A DNA stretch of 64,000 nt, taken from the NCBI GenBank assembly GCA_964234715.1, contig OZ174281.1. One strand, 5' to 3'. Positions 51,277-62,179 of the stretch are shown piece after piece; positions within the stretch are counted from its first letter, which is position 1, and every line of letters begins with the position of its first letter. The notes beneath the pieces were generated by a model. That model searched no databases. It was not told the origin of the DNA and saw nothing but the letters and a program-made list of their open reading frames with translations. The position numbers and the translations under genes were made by a program. This DNA is from Podarcis melisellensis (lineage: Eukaryota).

Positions 51277-51862
51277 AGGGGAGAGAGAATGCATGAACAA
51301 AATTTCCCTCATTTGGTCTCACAGTTGCTGCTCCTTCAAAAAAAAAAAAAAAAAGCAGACTAAGCAATATGTTTTGTAAGAATATATCTTAGGCAATGCA
51401 GAATAAATAAAAGGAAGGTCATGCTAAGATAACTGACATCAGTAGCATGATTATTGACTTTTGACATGCTCTTTGGCATTAAGACAAATGAGGCCTCCAT
51501 AATTTCAAAAGGAATTTTATTAGTAAAGTTTTATTAGCGAAGAGTAATTATCAGGAAGCTTGCTATAAGCCTCCTTTCCTTATGTGGCAGTGGCAGGTTG
51601 GTTGAGGAACATTTGAATTTGTGCATCCCTTCCTGGTGCATAGTTAGCTAAATTGCTACAAAAGCATCCAGTAAAGGTCATAGGCACAGCCGCCGCCGCC
51701 GCTGATACCTGATGGTCTGGACTGTTTATCTGGTGATGTTGTAAAGAGGCATCTAATTACCTAATTGCTGGATTTCTGCACTCTTGCGACCCAGAGCCCT
51801 CCTTGTTTATCCTCTTTCGCAGGCAGACTTTCCTTTGGGGGTCCTTTCTGCTATTGTTCAGT

Positions 51863-51974
51863 ATGGAACACTGTCATTTGGAAAAGCCGAATGACCTTCT
51901 CAATTCCCAGTTACTTTCTCTACGGAGATGTGCTTTAGCATTTTCCCACTTGGCAGCAGCAAAGCTACTATATG
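51863..51974 (+). CDS. Candidate alternative first coding exon of NRG2 (MEHCHLEKPNDLLNSQLLSLRRCALAFSHLAAAKLLY)
   Basis: ATG in strong Kozak context (AGTATGG); 37 open codons + G, then GTACGT donor at 51975; phase 1 matches the exon at 52673. Confidence 0.5.
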
Positions 51975-52087
51975 GTACGTTCCCAGAATGAATAGGCAGG
52001 CACACGAGCATTAAAGAAACCCCTGCAGTGATTGTAGCTGAACTGAGAGGAAGAGAGTCCTCCTCCCCATCTCTCCCCTTCCTGTAG

Positions 52088-52154
52088 CCAAATGCTGCCA
52101 TTCAGATCTGCACAGGCTGTGCAATCAACAGCATGTCTGCCAACAGCAGCAGAG
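52088..52154 (+). other. Candidate 67-nt alternative exon (internal ATG gives MSANSSR in frame with the Ig exon; frameshifting if included after a phase-1 exon)
   Basis: Long pyrimidine tract + TAG at 52085-87; GAG|GTAAGA donor at 52155; ATG at 52133. Confidence 0.35.
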
Positions 52155-52672
52155 GTAAGAGGGAGAACGCAGCGCAGGAGACTGTAGCAGCAGCAACGCC
52201 AGAACGAGGGCAGGAATCCTTCTCGGAGAAAGCCCTGCCTGAGTTGATGCTGCTTCCCACTTGGATGTGATGTGCATTTGTGTCTTTTGCGCATTTGGGG
52301 AGGAATGAGTGCTGTCATCCATGCTTAAGGAGAGTGGGGAGGTACCGGAATGAAAATGTGCAGAAGGAGTCAGGGGTGGGAAGTGCTGTAGAGCCTGAAA
52401 CTCAAGCATCTTTTTATGCCAAATGCAAAAAGTATGAAATGCAGCTGTACTTCCATGCTTTGACATTTGGGGTGGGGGTGGGGAGAGCCTTCCACTGTTA
52501 ATGATGACTTGTAGTTTGATAAAGGATCAGCTGCTCATGAAATGAAGCCTTTAATAAATCCAAAGACTTAGTGGTCAAGAGCAAGACTTGTGTTGTTGGT
52601 TTCTAACACCATATGCGGCTGGAGAGATCCAGTGGCGATCTTAATAGGGCTGCTTTTTCTCTCTCTTTGCAG

Positions 52673-52844
52673 CTGTCCGTCCAAAGCTCAAAAAACTGAA
52701 GAGCTTGAATGTGGAAGTGGGAGCAAAAGTTTCTATGAAATGCGAGGCAAGTGCTGGAAATCCCCAGCCATCCTACAAATGGTTCAAAGATGGCAGAGAA
52801 CTGAAGAAAAGCAAAGATATTCGCATAAAATATGGGAATGGAAA
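52673..52844 (+). CDS. NRG2: Neuregulin-2 internal coding exon (first half of Ig-like domain; exon 2 in canonical numbering)
   Basis: Polypyrimidine tract + AG at 52671-72; GT(AAGT) donor at 52845; 172 nt, phase 1 to phase 2. Translates (A)VRPKLKKLKSLNVEVGAKVSMKCEASAGNPQPSYKWFKDGRELKKSKDIRIKYGNG(K), matching recalled NRG2 ATRPKLKKMKS...KCEAAAGNPQPSYRWFKDGKEL...DIRIKYGNG. Confidence 0.96.
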
Positions 52845-53486
52845 GTAAGTACATAACTGCTTCTTTTCACCCTAAAAAATGAAAAAGATTTAATGTGTTG
52901 TTGATATAAATGTCATCTTACACCTCCATTATTGGGGGGGGGGGGAAACCTGGGTTAGCTAGATGATTTCTAAATAGTAGTGATCAGGCTGAAGTCTGTT
53001 ACTTTGGTGAAAGAAATGCATTCATAACATGCTCAGACATGCTTGTTCTTATTAATGTCAGTGTTTTAGGGCTCAGATTCAGCATTTGTAGCATTCTAGA
53101 GCTCAGAGAAAGAAGTTTATCCAAGTTGAACCTGTTGCTACATATTGAGAAATACCAGTCTTCCTATAGTTTGCTACATTATGGAAGTTCTAGAGCAAGA
53201 AAGGTCAACTAAGGAAATATTTTTAATCATATCCCTTAGAAGTGGTGATTAAGCTGCAAGGAAGATGGCATAAATTGTTCATTAGAACAAAACTGAACTG
53301 TAAGTCTGACATTTGCTCCTGGTGTTTAACAATAGCCTTCTAAAAGCATGGTAAGGCCATCTGATATTGGCAAAACTTTATGTGGTGTGTCAGTTTGGGG
53401 ACAAAAATAGGGAAGAGGAGCCAGCTCCATACGTACAAATACATCTTCCTTGATATTGTTTTTGATGTGTCTGGCCCTTGACTAAT

Positions 53487-54430
53487 TATAGAATCAGAAC
53501 AGGAGAGTTTGAAGGGACCCTGATGGTCACTGGGTTCAACTCCCTTCAATGCAGGAATCTCAACGAAAGCATCCATGGCAGATGGCCATCCAACCTCTGC
53601 TTAAAAGCTTCCCAGGGATGAGAGTCCACTGCCTCCCAAGGGAGACCATTCCACTGTTGAGCAGTTCTTAGTGTCAGAAAGTTTTTCCAATAAAAGAAGA
53701 AAAAGGAAAAAAAAGTTTTTTCCTGATGTTTAGTCAGAATCTCCTTTCTTGTAACTTGAAGCCATTGGTTTGAGTCCTATCCTCCAGAGCAGGAGAAAAC
53801 AAGCTTGCTCCATCTTCCATGTGAGATATTTTAAGATGGCTATCATGTCTCCTCTCAGTCTCCTCTTTTCCAGACCCTTGATCATCTTGGTTGCCCTCCT
53901 CTGCATACATTGGAGCTTGTCAATTTTCTTCTTAAATTGTGGTGCCCAGAACTGAACACAGTATTCCAGTTGTGGCCTGACCATGGGCGTAGCCAGGATT
54001 TTTGTTGGGGGAGAGGCCTTTTGTTGGGGGGGGCAGAATCTCAGTTTGCTATGTATTTCTATGGATTGGGGGGCAGCTGTCCCTCCCTGCCCGCCCCCCT
54101 TGGCTATGCCCATGGGTCTGACCAAGGCAGAATAGAGTAGTACTATTACTTCCCTTGATCTGGATACTATACTTCTGTTGATGCAGCCTAGAATAGTGTT
54201 AACTTTTTGCTGCTGCATCACACTGTTGACTCACGTTAAGCTTGTGGTCCACTAAGACTCCTAGACGTTTTTCACATGTACTGCTAGTAAGCCAGGTGTC
54301 CCCCATCTTATAATGTGCATCTGGTTCTTCCTGCCTAAGTGCAGAACCTTACATTTGTCCCTATTGAAATTCATTTTGTTAGCTTGCGCCCAATTTTCCA
54401 ACTTGTTAAGGTCATTTTGAATCTCAGTTC
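53487..54430 (-). mobile_element. CR1 LINE 3' fragment interrupted by a hAT MITE
   Basis: [31 protein letters not shown] / [15 protein letters not shown]; NKMNFNRDKCKVLHLGRKN. Confidence 0.93.
53982..54114. mobile_element. hAT MITE (CATGGGCGTAGCC family) inserted in CR1
   Basis: TIRs; 8-bp TSD GGCCTGAC/GGTCTGAC duplicating the CR1 VRP codons. Confidence 0.88.
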
Positions 54431-54439
54431 TGTCTTGGT

Positions 54440-55600
54440 GCTTTTTATACCTATATTCCCCACAAACATGGGCCACATGTCATCAGGAATATTATTTCCT
54501 GACGGTATCACAGTATATCTAGTCATCACTCTGTTACTTGATACACATTCACAGTTACTTCTGCTTTTAGGAGCACATCCTGTGGGCACTTGCATGATGT
54601 AAGGTAACATTTTCATGGCTGACTTAGAACAATGGGTTCTCAACTCTTCAAAAGCCTCTCTTCTGCTTAAGTTACACTGACAACATCTTTAATGCATGGA
54701 CCCATGAATGGGAAGCACTTGAGAAGTTCCATCAGGAGTTCAGCTACTTTTAGCCTGACTGAGCCTAAAATACTGCACACTGCCTTTTGGGCAGTGCTGT
54801 TCAGTGGATATGTGTGCACCACCTTATGTCTGAAACCTATTGACCGCTAGACATATATTTCTTTCTTCTGGCTTCTACCCAAAGCATACCACAAAAGCCT
54901 CAGTCTACAGCCAAGCCCTAAAATACAATCAAATCTGTTATGACTTGTCAAAGGGAGACTCACAACCTATGGATTTACACCAGGCATTTATTAGACCCAG
55001 CAAATGAAGTGCGGAAGCAGGATTGATGGCCCAGCAATGACCTACTACTAGAAAGAAGAGAAAGTTACAAAACACCACTTGTCACCTATAGCTCCCAGCT
55101 AAAGTATCATTAGTGACCTACAGCCTGTTCTAGAAAGTGGTGCTTCGTTCTCACAGACTTTGAGTGACAGGCCTGATCTTACCTACAGCCACCTCCCACA
55201 ACCTCCAGCAACAACAGGCTTCATAATGGAGACACAAAAGGTCCTCCTACAGGAAAACCAGAGATCATTATTTCCACCCAAGCACACTATTACAAGACCT
55301 AATCATGTCAGCCTTGAGATTCATTCATCAGCTCATCTTCACCTGTCTTTCTGCATTCTGCATAGGGCAAACTGGTTAAGCATAAAATAATAAATAAACA
55401 CAGATTTCACATAAAAAGTGGTAATACTCAGAAACAAAAAGGAAAACATTTCAACCTATCAGGACACTCTGGAACGGGCCTTAAGGCTGTGATTCTTGAA
55501 CAAAGGAACTTCAAAGGAAAGCTAGAGTATCACAGCTTATCAAGAAATTCAGTTCTATTATCTGTGTCCTTAATAGGGATCATACTACAGGGGCTAATTA
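54440..55600 (+). mobile_element. Degraded Penelope-like element (RT + GIY-YIG remnants)
   Basis: Frameshifted YTYIPHK, NIFMADLEQ, YTDNIFNAWTH (YIDD motif), KHTTKASVYSQALKYNQIC, IISDLQPVLE, CIGQTG, KHFNLSGHS. Confidence 0.8.
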
Positions 55601-55884
55601 GCTGACCAAGGCTACTCCGAAGATACTTTTGCTAATATCACACTGTGAATGGTCATTGTCATTATTTTTACATTTACACTTTTGCATTTCATTTCACTTT
55701 GATCTCATGGCTAACTCTCTCTCTCTCTCTCCCCCCCCCCTCCACCCAGCATTCCATACATCCAGTAAAGTAGCACTATCAATAATAATTCTACACCCAA
55801 TACCTTAATTACTGGTAATTCAGACAGTTAATATGGTTAGCCGTTGTCTTGGAATTTGTTCCAAACCGTTGCAAATAAAACATT

Positions 55885-56480
55885 TTCAGGGAAACCAAAC
55901 TGCTTGTTTACAAAGCTATTGTACTACCAACTTAACTGTGTGCTTGTGAAACAGGGATCACTTATAAACTCCATCTCCAACTCCTCAAAAGATTCCATCA
56001 ACAGTGTCTCTGAAATTTTTTGCATATGACTTGGTAAGGCAGGCAAACTAATGTCAGTATTGTCTTCCAAAGCAACTACTTTATTCCCAATTTAAGAATG
56101 GAAAGTGTAATGCCAGTGGACAACCAAAGAAATTTAAAGATGCTCTCAAGGCAAATCTAAAAAGAAGTACTATAAACACCGACAACTGGGAAACACTGGC
56201 CTATGAGCAGTCCAGCTGGAGAATAGCCTCTACCAAAGGCGTCATGGACTTTGAAGAAGAAAGAAACTCAGGATGAAAGGGAGAAATGAGCTAAGAGGAA
56301 GGCACGTTTGGCAAACCCTCACTGTGATCAACTCCCTCCTGGAAACCTATGTCCCCACTGTGGAAGGACGTGTGGATCCAGAATTGGGCTCCATAGTTAC
56401 TTACGGACGTTAAGACGGTGTTCATGGAAGACAATCTTATTTGACTACACGTGATCGCCTTCTTGGCTACAAGAAGAAGA
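55885..56480 (+). mobile_element. RTE-clade LINE 3' fragment (same family as 9583-10212)
   Basis: ETKLLVYKAIVLPT...YKLHLQLLKRFHQQCL; colinear with the 9.6-10.2 kb copy, with an internal deletion. Confidence 0.85.
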
Positions 56481-56525
56481 TGTGGGCTGTCAGACATTCG
56501 TACAAAGTATCTTGAAGTTTCTTGT

Positions 56526-56779
56526 GAGAGCCAGTGTGGTGTAGTGGTTAAGAGCGGTAGTCTCGTAATCTGGGGAACCGAGTTCGTGTCTCCGCTCCTC
56601 CACCTGCAGCTGCTGGGTGACCTTGGGCCAGTCACACTTCTTTGAAGTCTCTCAGCCCCACTCACCTCACAGAGTGTTTGTTGTGGGGGAGGAAGGGAAA
56701 GGAGATTGTTAGCCGCTTGGAGACTCCTGAAGGGGAGTGAAAGGCGGTATATCAAATCCAAACTCTTCTTCTTCTTCTT
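56526..56779 (+). mobile_element. Squam3-type tRNA SINE, full length
   Basis: GAGAGCCAGTGTGGTGTAGTGGTTAAGAGC head; CAAACTCTTCTTCTT tail. Confidence 0.9.
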
Positions 56780-57705
56780 GGGCTTTATGAAATCTGGCTT
56801 TTGCTTAACACACTGTTCCACCTTCCCACTCAAAGTGAAATTGGGACTGGAAGTATGAAGCAGCCCAACACATGCTCTGCTAATTGGATCACCAATGCCA
56901 ATATGTTTGTGATATCAGCTGCTCTCCTGCTTTCTTCCCTTACACATACCCCCATCATGAAAAACGGCAGCCTGTATGTCTCACAGTGTTGTCCTTCCAT
57001 AACGTCTCACCATACCTTGAATATTACATGCTGGGATCAAACAACAGGAGTTGTCTGCCGCCATCATGTCCTGACTGTGTGGCTTCCAAAGGCATTCTGC
57101 AAACAGAATGTTGAACTGGGTGGATAATTCTAGTCTAGCAGAGTCTTTAAAAACAACACAGTTTTTGTCAACCAAAATTATGTAATAACTAGAATAGTGG
57201 CAGTCATGAAATTTTGACCATTGCCTATTACAAATGCTTGCCTGAAGTTCTGATAATTGAAAACTTAAAATAGTGGTTTTTAAGGCCAGTTTTAGTGACA
57301 TTTTAAGGCCAGTTTGTGGCGAATGCCACATGTTATTTAAGACCCGTGTGCTTTCATATTGAGCAGCCTTCTCTGTTTCCTATTCCTCAAGCCCAATGAG
57401 TTTAACATCCCCTCCAGTAATGATGTGCCGTAATGGAACTGAGTACAGTGTTCTTCAGAAAGTAGCAATTACCTGTTTGTCAAATCTTCTCCTTTCCCAT
57501 CAGTTTACCACTTGCACAGCTTCCTGGCGCCACTGGGCAGGGGAGTTGTCCTTTTCAATGAATGTTTGCCGGAGTTGAGGGGAAAACTCCTTACTTGTGA
57601 GCTGCATGTTCTGCCACTAATTAGCAGCAGGCAGAGGCAAGCCTGTCTTGCTCAGAACAGAAGGAGATTTGGGGAGGAAGATATTTCCTTCTGCTCAGTT
57701 TAGCA

Positions 57706-57831
57706 GGAATTATTATGTTATTACATTATTGCTCAAATCTTTTGCCATCTTATTCACATTGTAATTAGCAGAATACAATGTGATTAAGGTAGCAAAAGAG
57801 TTGAGCAATAATGCAATAACTTAATAACTCC
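57706..57831. repeat. Long palindrome: 58-bp arms, 10-nt loop
   Basis: 57706-57763 vs reverse complement of 57774-57831: 51/58 identical, no indels. Confidence 0.92.
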
Positions 57832-58609
57832 TCTGTCATTGAGTACCACCATAGTTTTAATGATTAGTACAGCGAGAAAGGAATACTTACTATAGCAAAT
57901 TTGAGTTATATACATTCACTGTATGCCCTCCCTAGAAACCTCAAGCCAGTTGAACCAGGACTCCCTCTTAACCAGACTAATTATTAGAGATTTGTTCTGT
58001 ACACAGTTAACAAATCTGACTGTTTTCATTTTAACTGTCATTTTTTCAGAGGTGAATTTTTCATTCATATTTAGTTCATTCCTTTTTGTTTTTTCCATTG
58101 ACTCCAATGGGATACCCAGCCAGTCTCCTTGGGTGTTTTCCACTCAAATTGCTATTGTAGAACTGCAGCTAATCAAAGAAGGGGCATTGAGTTTGGATGG
58201 ATGCATTGTCTCAGGACATGGCAATTCTCTTCATGGTTGTGTTCCAGATTATTCCCATTTCCCTTCCTACCTAGCTGATCCCACCCACTTGGGTCAGTCT
58301 ATTTCTCTCATACCCCCAACCCTTATCCCATTCATTTCCTCCTCATGCTCTTTTGGTTGTTTGCTGATGACTGGCAATGGTTTCCTCTTCCTTATGGCAC
58401 TAGCATTAAAGAGGTGGTAAAATCTGCTAATTTCCCCTGTTGCCCTGTTGAGTCACAGTGACATTTGGACCATTGGGATGAGGGACACAATGACCGTTCC
58501 CTTCCTTCTGTTATATAAAATTCACCAGGTGTTAAAAGTCAGCCAAACAACAACAACAAAACCAGAACAGAAGTAATATTTATTTTATGCACAAATGAAA
58601 CAGAAACAT

Positions 58610-58760
58610 TCTGAAATCATAGGCAAATTGCTGTAAAGCACTATTAGGGATAGAAATGTCAAGCATGTAGAACAGCAGGACTTGTGAAAAATCAGCATGG
58701 TTTCTGCAAAGAGGAGTCTTGACTCACCAATGTTTTTGAATGCTTGGAGTCAACACAATT
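58610..58760 (+). mobile_element. Short degraded CR1 RT fragment
   Basis: NQHGFCKEES*LTNVFEC resembles the QHGF...SCLTNL motif. Confidence 0.55.
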
Positions 58761-59473
58761 TGACAGACATTATATACTTAACTATCTACATGTTTTGACC
58801 ATTTATTTCCTTTTGAAAGTTCTGATGAATTGTTGGGATAGCTCTTATTTTTGTTTTAAACTGATCATATTCGTAATAGAGGGAAATAAGCAGTGGAGTT
58901 TACCAAAGGTCTTTCTGGGAGCAGGTTCTGAATAGCAGGTTCAGTTTACATATTACCATCAGGACCTGTGGTACCAGACCTGCAGTCAGTCAGTTGGAAG
59001 ACCAGAAGTAGAGATGGGTTTGTAGCTCAGGTAGAGCCAAAGCCAAGGACCAGAAAGGTGAGGGTCAACCAGAGAGGCCAGAGGCAAGAATATACTCAGG
59101 TCAGCTAAAAGTCAAGGTCCAGAGCAGTGAACAGAAATTTCTGCCCTCTAGAAGCCGCTGTTGTGAAGTTTTCCAAATTTGGTACTACATTCACAAGTTT
59201 GTAAATGCATCAAATCCCAGAGCCCTAGTCAAGCATTAGGTTTACTTGCTTTCAGATGCTGGCTCCACTTCTGACCTTTGTGCACTCAGCATTCTCAAGT
59301 GGGATTTTGTGTTTAGTTGCATGCTTAAAACCCCCTTCAAACCTGCATGCTGAATGCATGAAGGCTGACAGTGCAGCCATCAACAGTGGGGATGATGGCA
59401 GGTGGGAGCGGTATATATGACCCATTCTTTGAATGCAAATAGACCTTAAGGACATCACCAACAGGTATGTTAT

Positions 59474-59908
59474 TGTCAGGGAACTGACATTGGAGCCAGA
59501 GGTGGAGGCAAGGCTCCCAAGCGATGTTGGAGAAGGGCCCAGCAGGGAGAGAGGGAGCTCATCGGCTGGGGAAGGAAATCAGCGTAACACCAGGGATAAA
59601 GGGGGGCAGTTGGGGCAATCGGCGAGGGGGCTCCAGGACTCCTCGCTGGAGACCAGCGGGGAGAGCACGGGTCCTCCGCTACCCACACCCACCCTGCGCA
59701 GAAGACTTCCGTGCAGAGAAAGTAGGCGTAGACTTGGCGTCAAAGAACTTCTTTGCTGGAAGAAGTTCAAGAAACGCCCACTGACGGATTCTGCTAGTGA
59801 CTGAACAGCCACGAAGTGAAGGGCTGTCCAGCCAGAAAAGATTTAACCAGGCTACCTAGCCAGGAGTGGCAGCAACTTAAGCATGAGCAACCCCATATAA
59901 CCATTACA
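59474..59908. mobile_element. Solo LTR (Gypsy-like), CpG-rich
   Basis: TGTCA...TTACA termini; perfect 5-bp TSD GTTAT (59469-73 / 59909-13). Confidence 0.8.
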
Positions 59909-60018
59909 GTTATGTAGAATTCTGATTCCAGAATTTGAAGCGCCCTGATGTCTCTGGTCACAGCTTAATGCCTTTCTCCTCTCTGTGTCTCACTCCTATT
60001 TGTTTGTTTACTTTGCAG

Positions 60019-60137
60019 AAAAAATTCCAGATTGCAATTCAATAAAGTGAAAGTAGAAGATGCAGGTGAATACACTTGTGAAGCCGAGAATGTGCTGGGC
60101 AGAGACACCGTCCGGGGCAGCCTGAATGTGAAAAGCG
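60019..60137 (+). CDS. NRG2: Neuregulin-2 internal coding exon (second half of Ig-like domain; exon 3)
   Basis: TTTGCAG acceptor at 60012-18, GTAAGT donor at 60138; 119 nt, phase 2 to phase 1, in frame with the previous exon. Translates (K)KNSRLQFNKVKVEDAGEYTCEAENVLGRDTVRGSLNVKS, with the Ig DxGxYxC motif and NRG2-specific NSRLQFNKVKVEDAGEY. Confidence 0.96.
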
Positions 60138-61502
60138 GTAAGTTACAGAGTTGAGCCAAAATGATCTATTTAGTTTAAGTTTTGCTGTTGCTATTGTTGA
60201 AGGGGAAACATTTGAAATTCCTCGTGGTATTTTATTCTGTGAAGCTCATGAGACCTGGGAACCAGAGAGAAGTGCTGTCTCTGAACATCTCTGAGCCTGA
60301 CCAGATCTGTGAAGCTTCCCAGCCTAACTGAGCTAACTAGACCTGGATATAGTCACACATAGTGGCCTGGACTTGGATAAAAACCAAGAAACACTTTTGA
60401 TCTCCATTTGATTTTTATTAGCTGTTTGGTGCAGCTATTGACTTGAAAATCCAAACTGAAAAAAGTTCTGCCCAGCCCTAGTTTCTTTGTACCTGCTTGC
60501 TGGTTGTTGCCTTTAATTCCTTCTACATATAGAGGGGGACATAAGAAGATCCTGGCTGCTGGATCAGGCCGAAGGCCCAACTGCTTGAGCCTCCTGCTCT
60601 CACCGTGGCCAGCCAGCCAGATGCCCGGGGGGGGGGCAGCAGCAGAGCCTGGGTGCAACTGGACTTTCCTCATTGTGATTCCCAGCTGCTGGCATTGAGA
60701 GACATCCTGCCTTTGAGAGTGGAGATGGAACACAGCCCTTGAGGCAGTAGCCATGGATAGCCTGATCTGCCATGAATTTGTCCAGTCCTCTTCAAAGTCA
60801 TCCAAGTTGGTGACCACCATTACCTATTCTGAGAATGAATTGTGCAGTCTAAATGTGCTCTGCATGAAGAAGTGCTTTCTTCATAGGGGAGTTTCCCCAT
60901 CCCCTTCATTGGTTGCATTTCATGAATCTTTTGGGGGGTGAGCTGACCAGAACTGGACACAGCATTCCAAATGTGGTTGCATCAAAGATTTGAATAACAG
61001 CATAATGATGTTGCCAGTTTTATTTTTTAGTCATTGATTTCTAGTATGGAATTCACCTTTTTCTCAACTTCCACACACTGGGTCAAAGACTTCACTACAA
61101 ACCCCAAAGTCTTGTTCCTGGTCAGCCACGGCCAGTGCAGACCCCATGAGCAAATATGTGAAATTAAGGGGTTTCTCCCCTCCTTAATGTGCATCACTTT
61201 ACACTTGCTTATATTGCAAGCTTATATTGAATTGCATTTAACATTTTATTGTCCATTCAAAATAACTTTTTGCTTTAACCTCTCTGAAGAATTTGGTATC
61301 ATCAGTAAACTTAGCTTCCCTATGGCTTATTGCTGTCTCTAGATGACTTATGAGCAACTTAAAAAAAACAGGTTCCAGTATCAACTGTGGGAGGTCTCTA
61401 CGCCCTTCCATTGGGAGAACTGTCCTCTTATTCCTCTTATTCTGTGCATCCCATTTCTTAGCCAGTTACTGATCTACAAGAGGACCTCTCCTCTTACTCC
61501 AT

Positions 61503-62088
61503 TGTCACAAAGATTGGGTGCCACCCCCACTTTCTGCTGAGCAGTAGCAAGATTCTGGGGGGGGGGGTTCCAAGCACTCACTCAGAGTTTGTGCTCTTTT
61601 GGAGAGTTGAAGATGCTGTGGGGACTGTCATAGCTTTAAGCAATATGTTTTTTTCCACCTATTTACACCTTCAGTCTGCATGGAGGGAGTCCAGATCTTA
61701 CAGCATGGTCTTCTCAAGTAAGGCTTCTTCCTCCCTAGCAGTGCAATCCTGGAGTCAAAGTAATCTCTCCCAGCCAGCTTGCCCAAGATGGATCTCTTCC
61801 TTTGTTCTCTCCTTCTTCTTCCCAGCACACCTTGCTAAAGCCTCTCTTTTCCTGTCATCTCTCATGTACCCCATCACCCTAGCAACTTCTGCCTTCCCAA
61901 GATTCCCCTTAGATGGTCCATCAACACTTTTTGCCATCTTAATGCCTCTATCCCAGGTGAGGTCCTGGCTTGGGAAGGAGGCTTAGCCTGCATTTTCCCA
62001 CTGGCCTGCAATCTTCCCTTCAATACTCCAAATAATCAATATCCTACCATTTATTAATTTTTAGGGGGCTCCCCCCAAATCTATGACA
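61503..62088. mobile_element. TG...CA insertion, probable solo LTR
   Basis: Imperfect ~15-bp terminal inverted repeats TGTCACAAAGATTGGG / CCCAAATCTATGACA; 4-bp TSD CCAT inside CR1. Confidence 0.65.
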
Positions 62089-62179
62089 CCATGACTGCTA
62101 AGCTTATACAGGAGTCTTTTGTGGGGTACTTAGTCATAAGACTTTTGGAAATCTAAATACACAATGTCCACTGGATCAC

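Larger units (their letters stand above)
52845..60018 (+). other. NRG2: NRG2 intron between the two Ig-domain exons (7174 bp, GT-AG, phase 2)
   Basis: Canonical splice sites; the split codon AA|A gives Lys and a continuous reading frame. Confidence 0.93.

Noticed and set aside
52590-52856. 88-aa ORF overlapping the NRG2 exon
   Set aside because: Alternative frame of the true exon with a non-ATG start; the NRG2 frame is closed upstream by TAG at 52645.
57923-58420. 165-aa hydrophobic ORF
   Set aside because: T-rich intronic sequence yields hydrophobic residues; no splice or family evidence.
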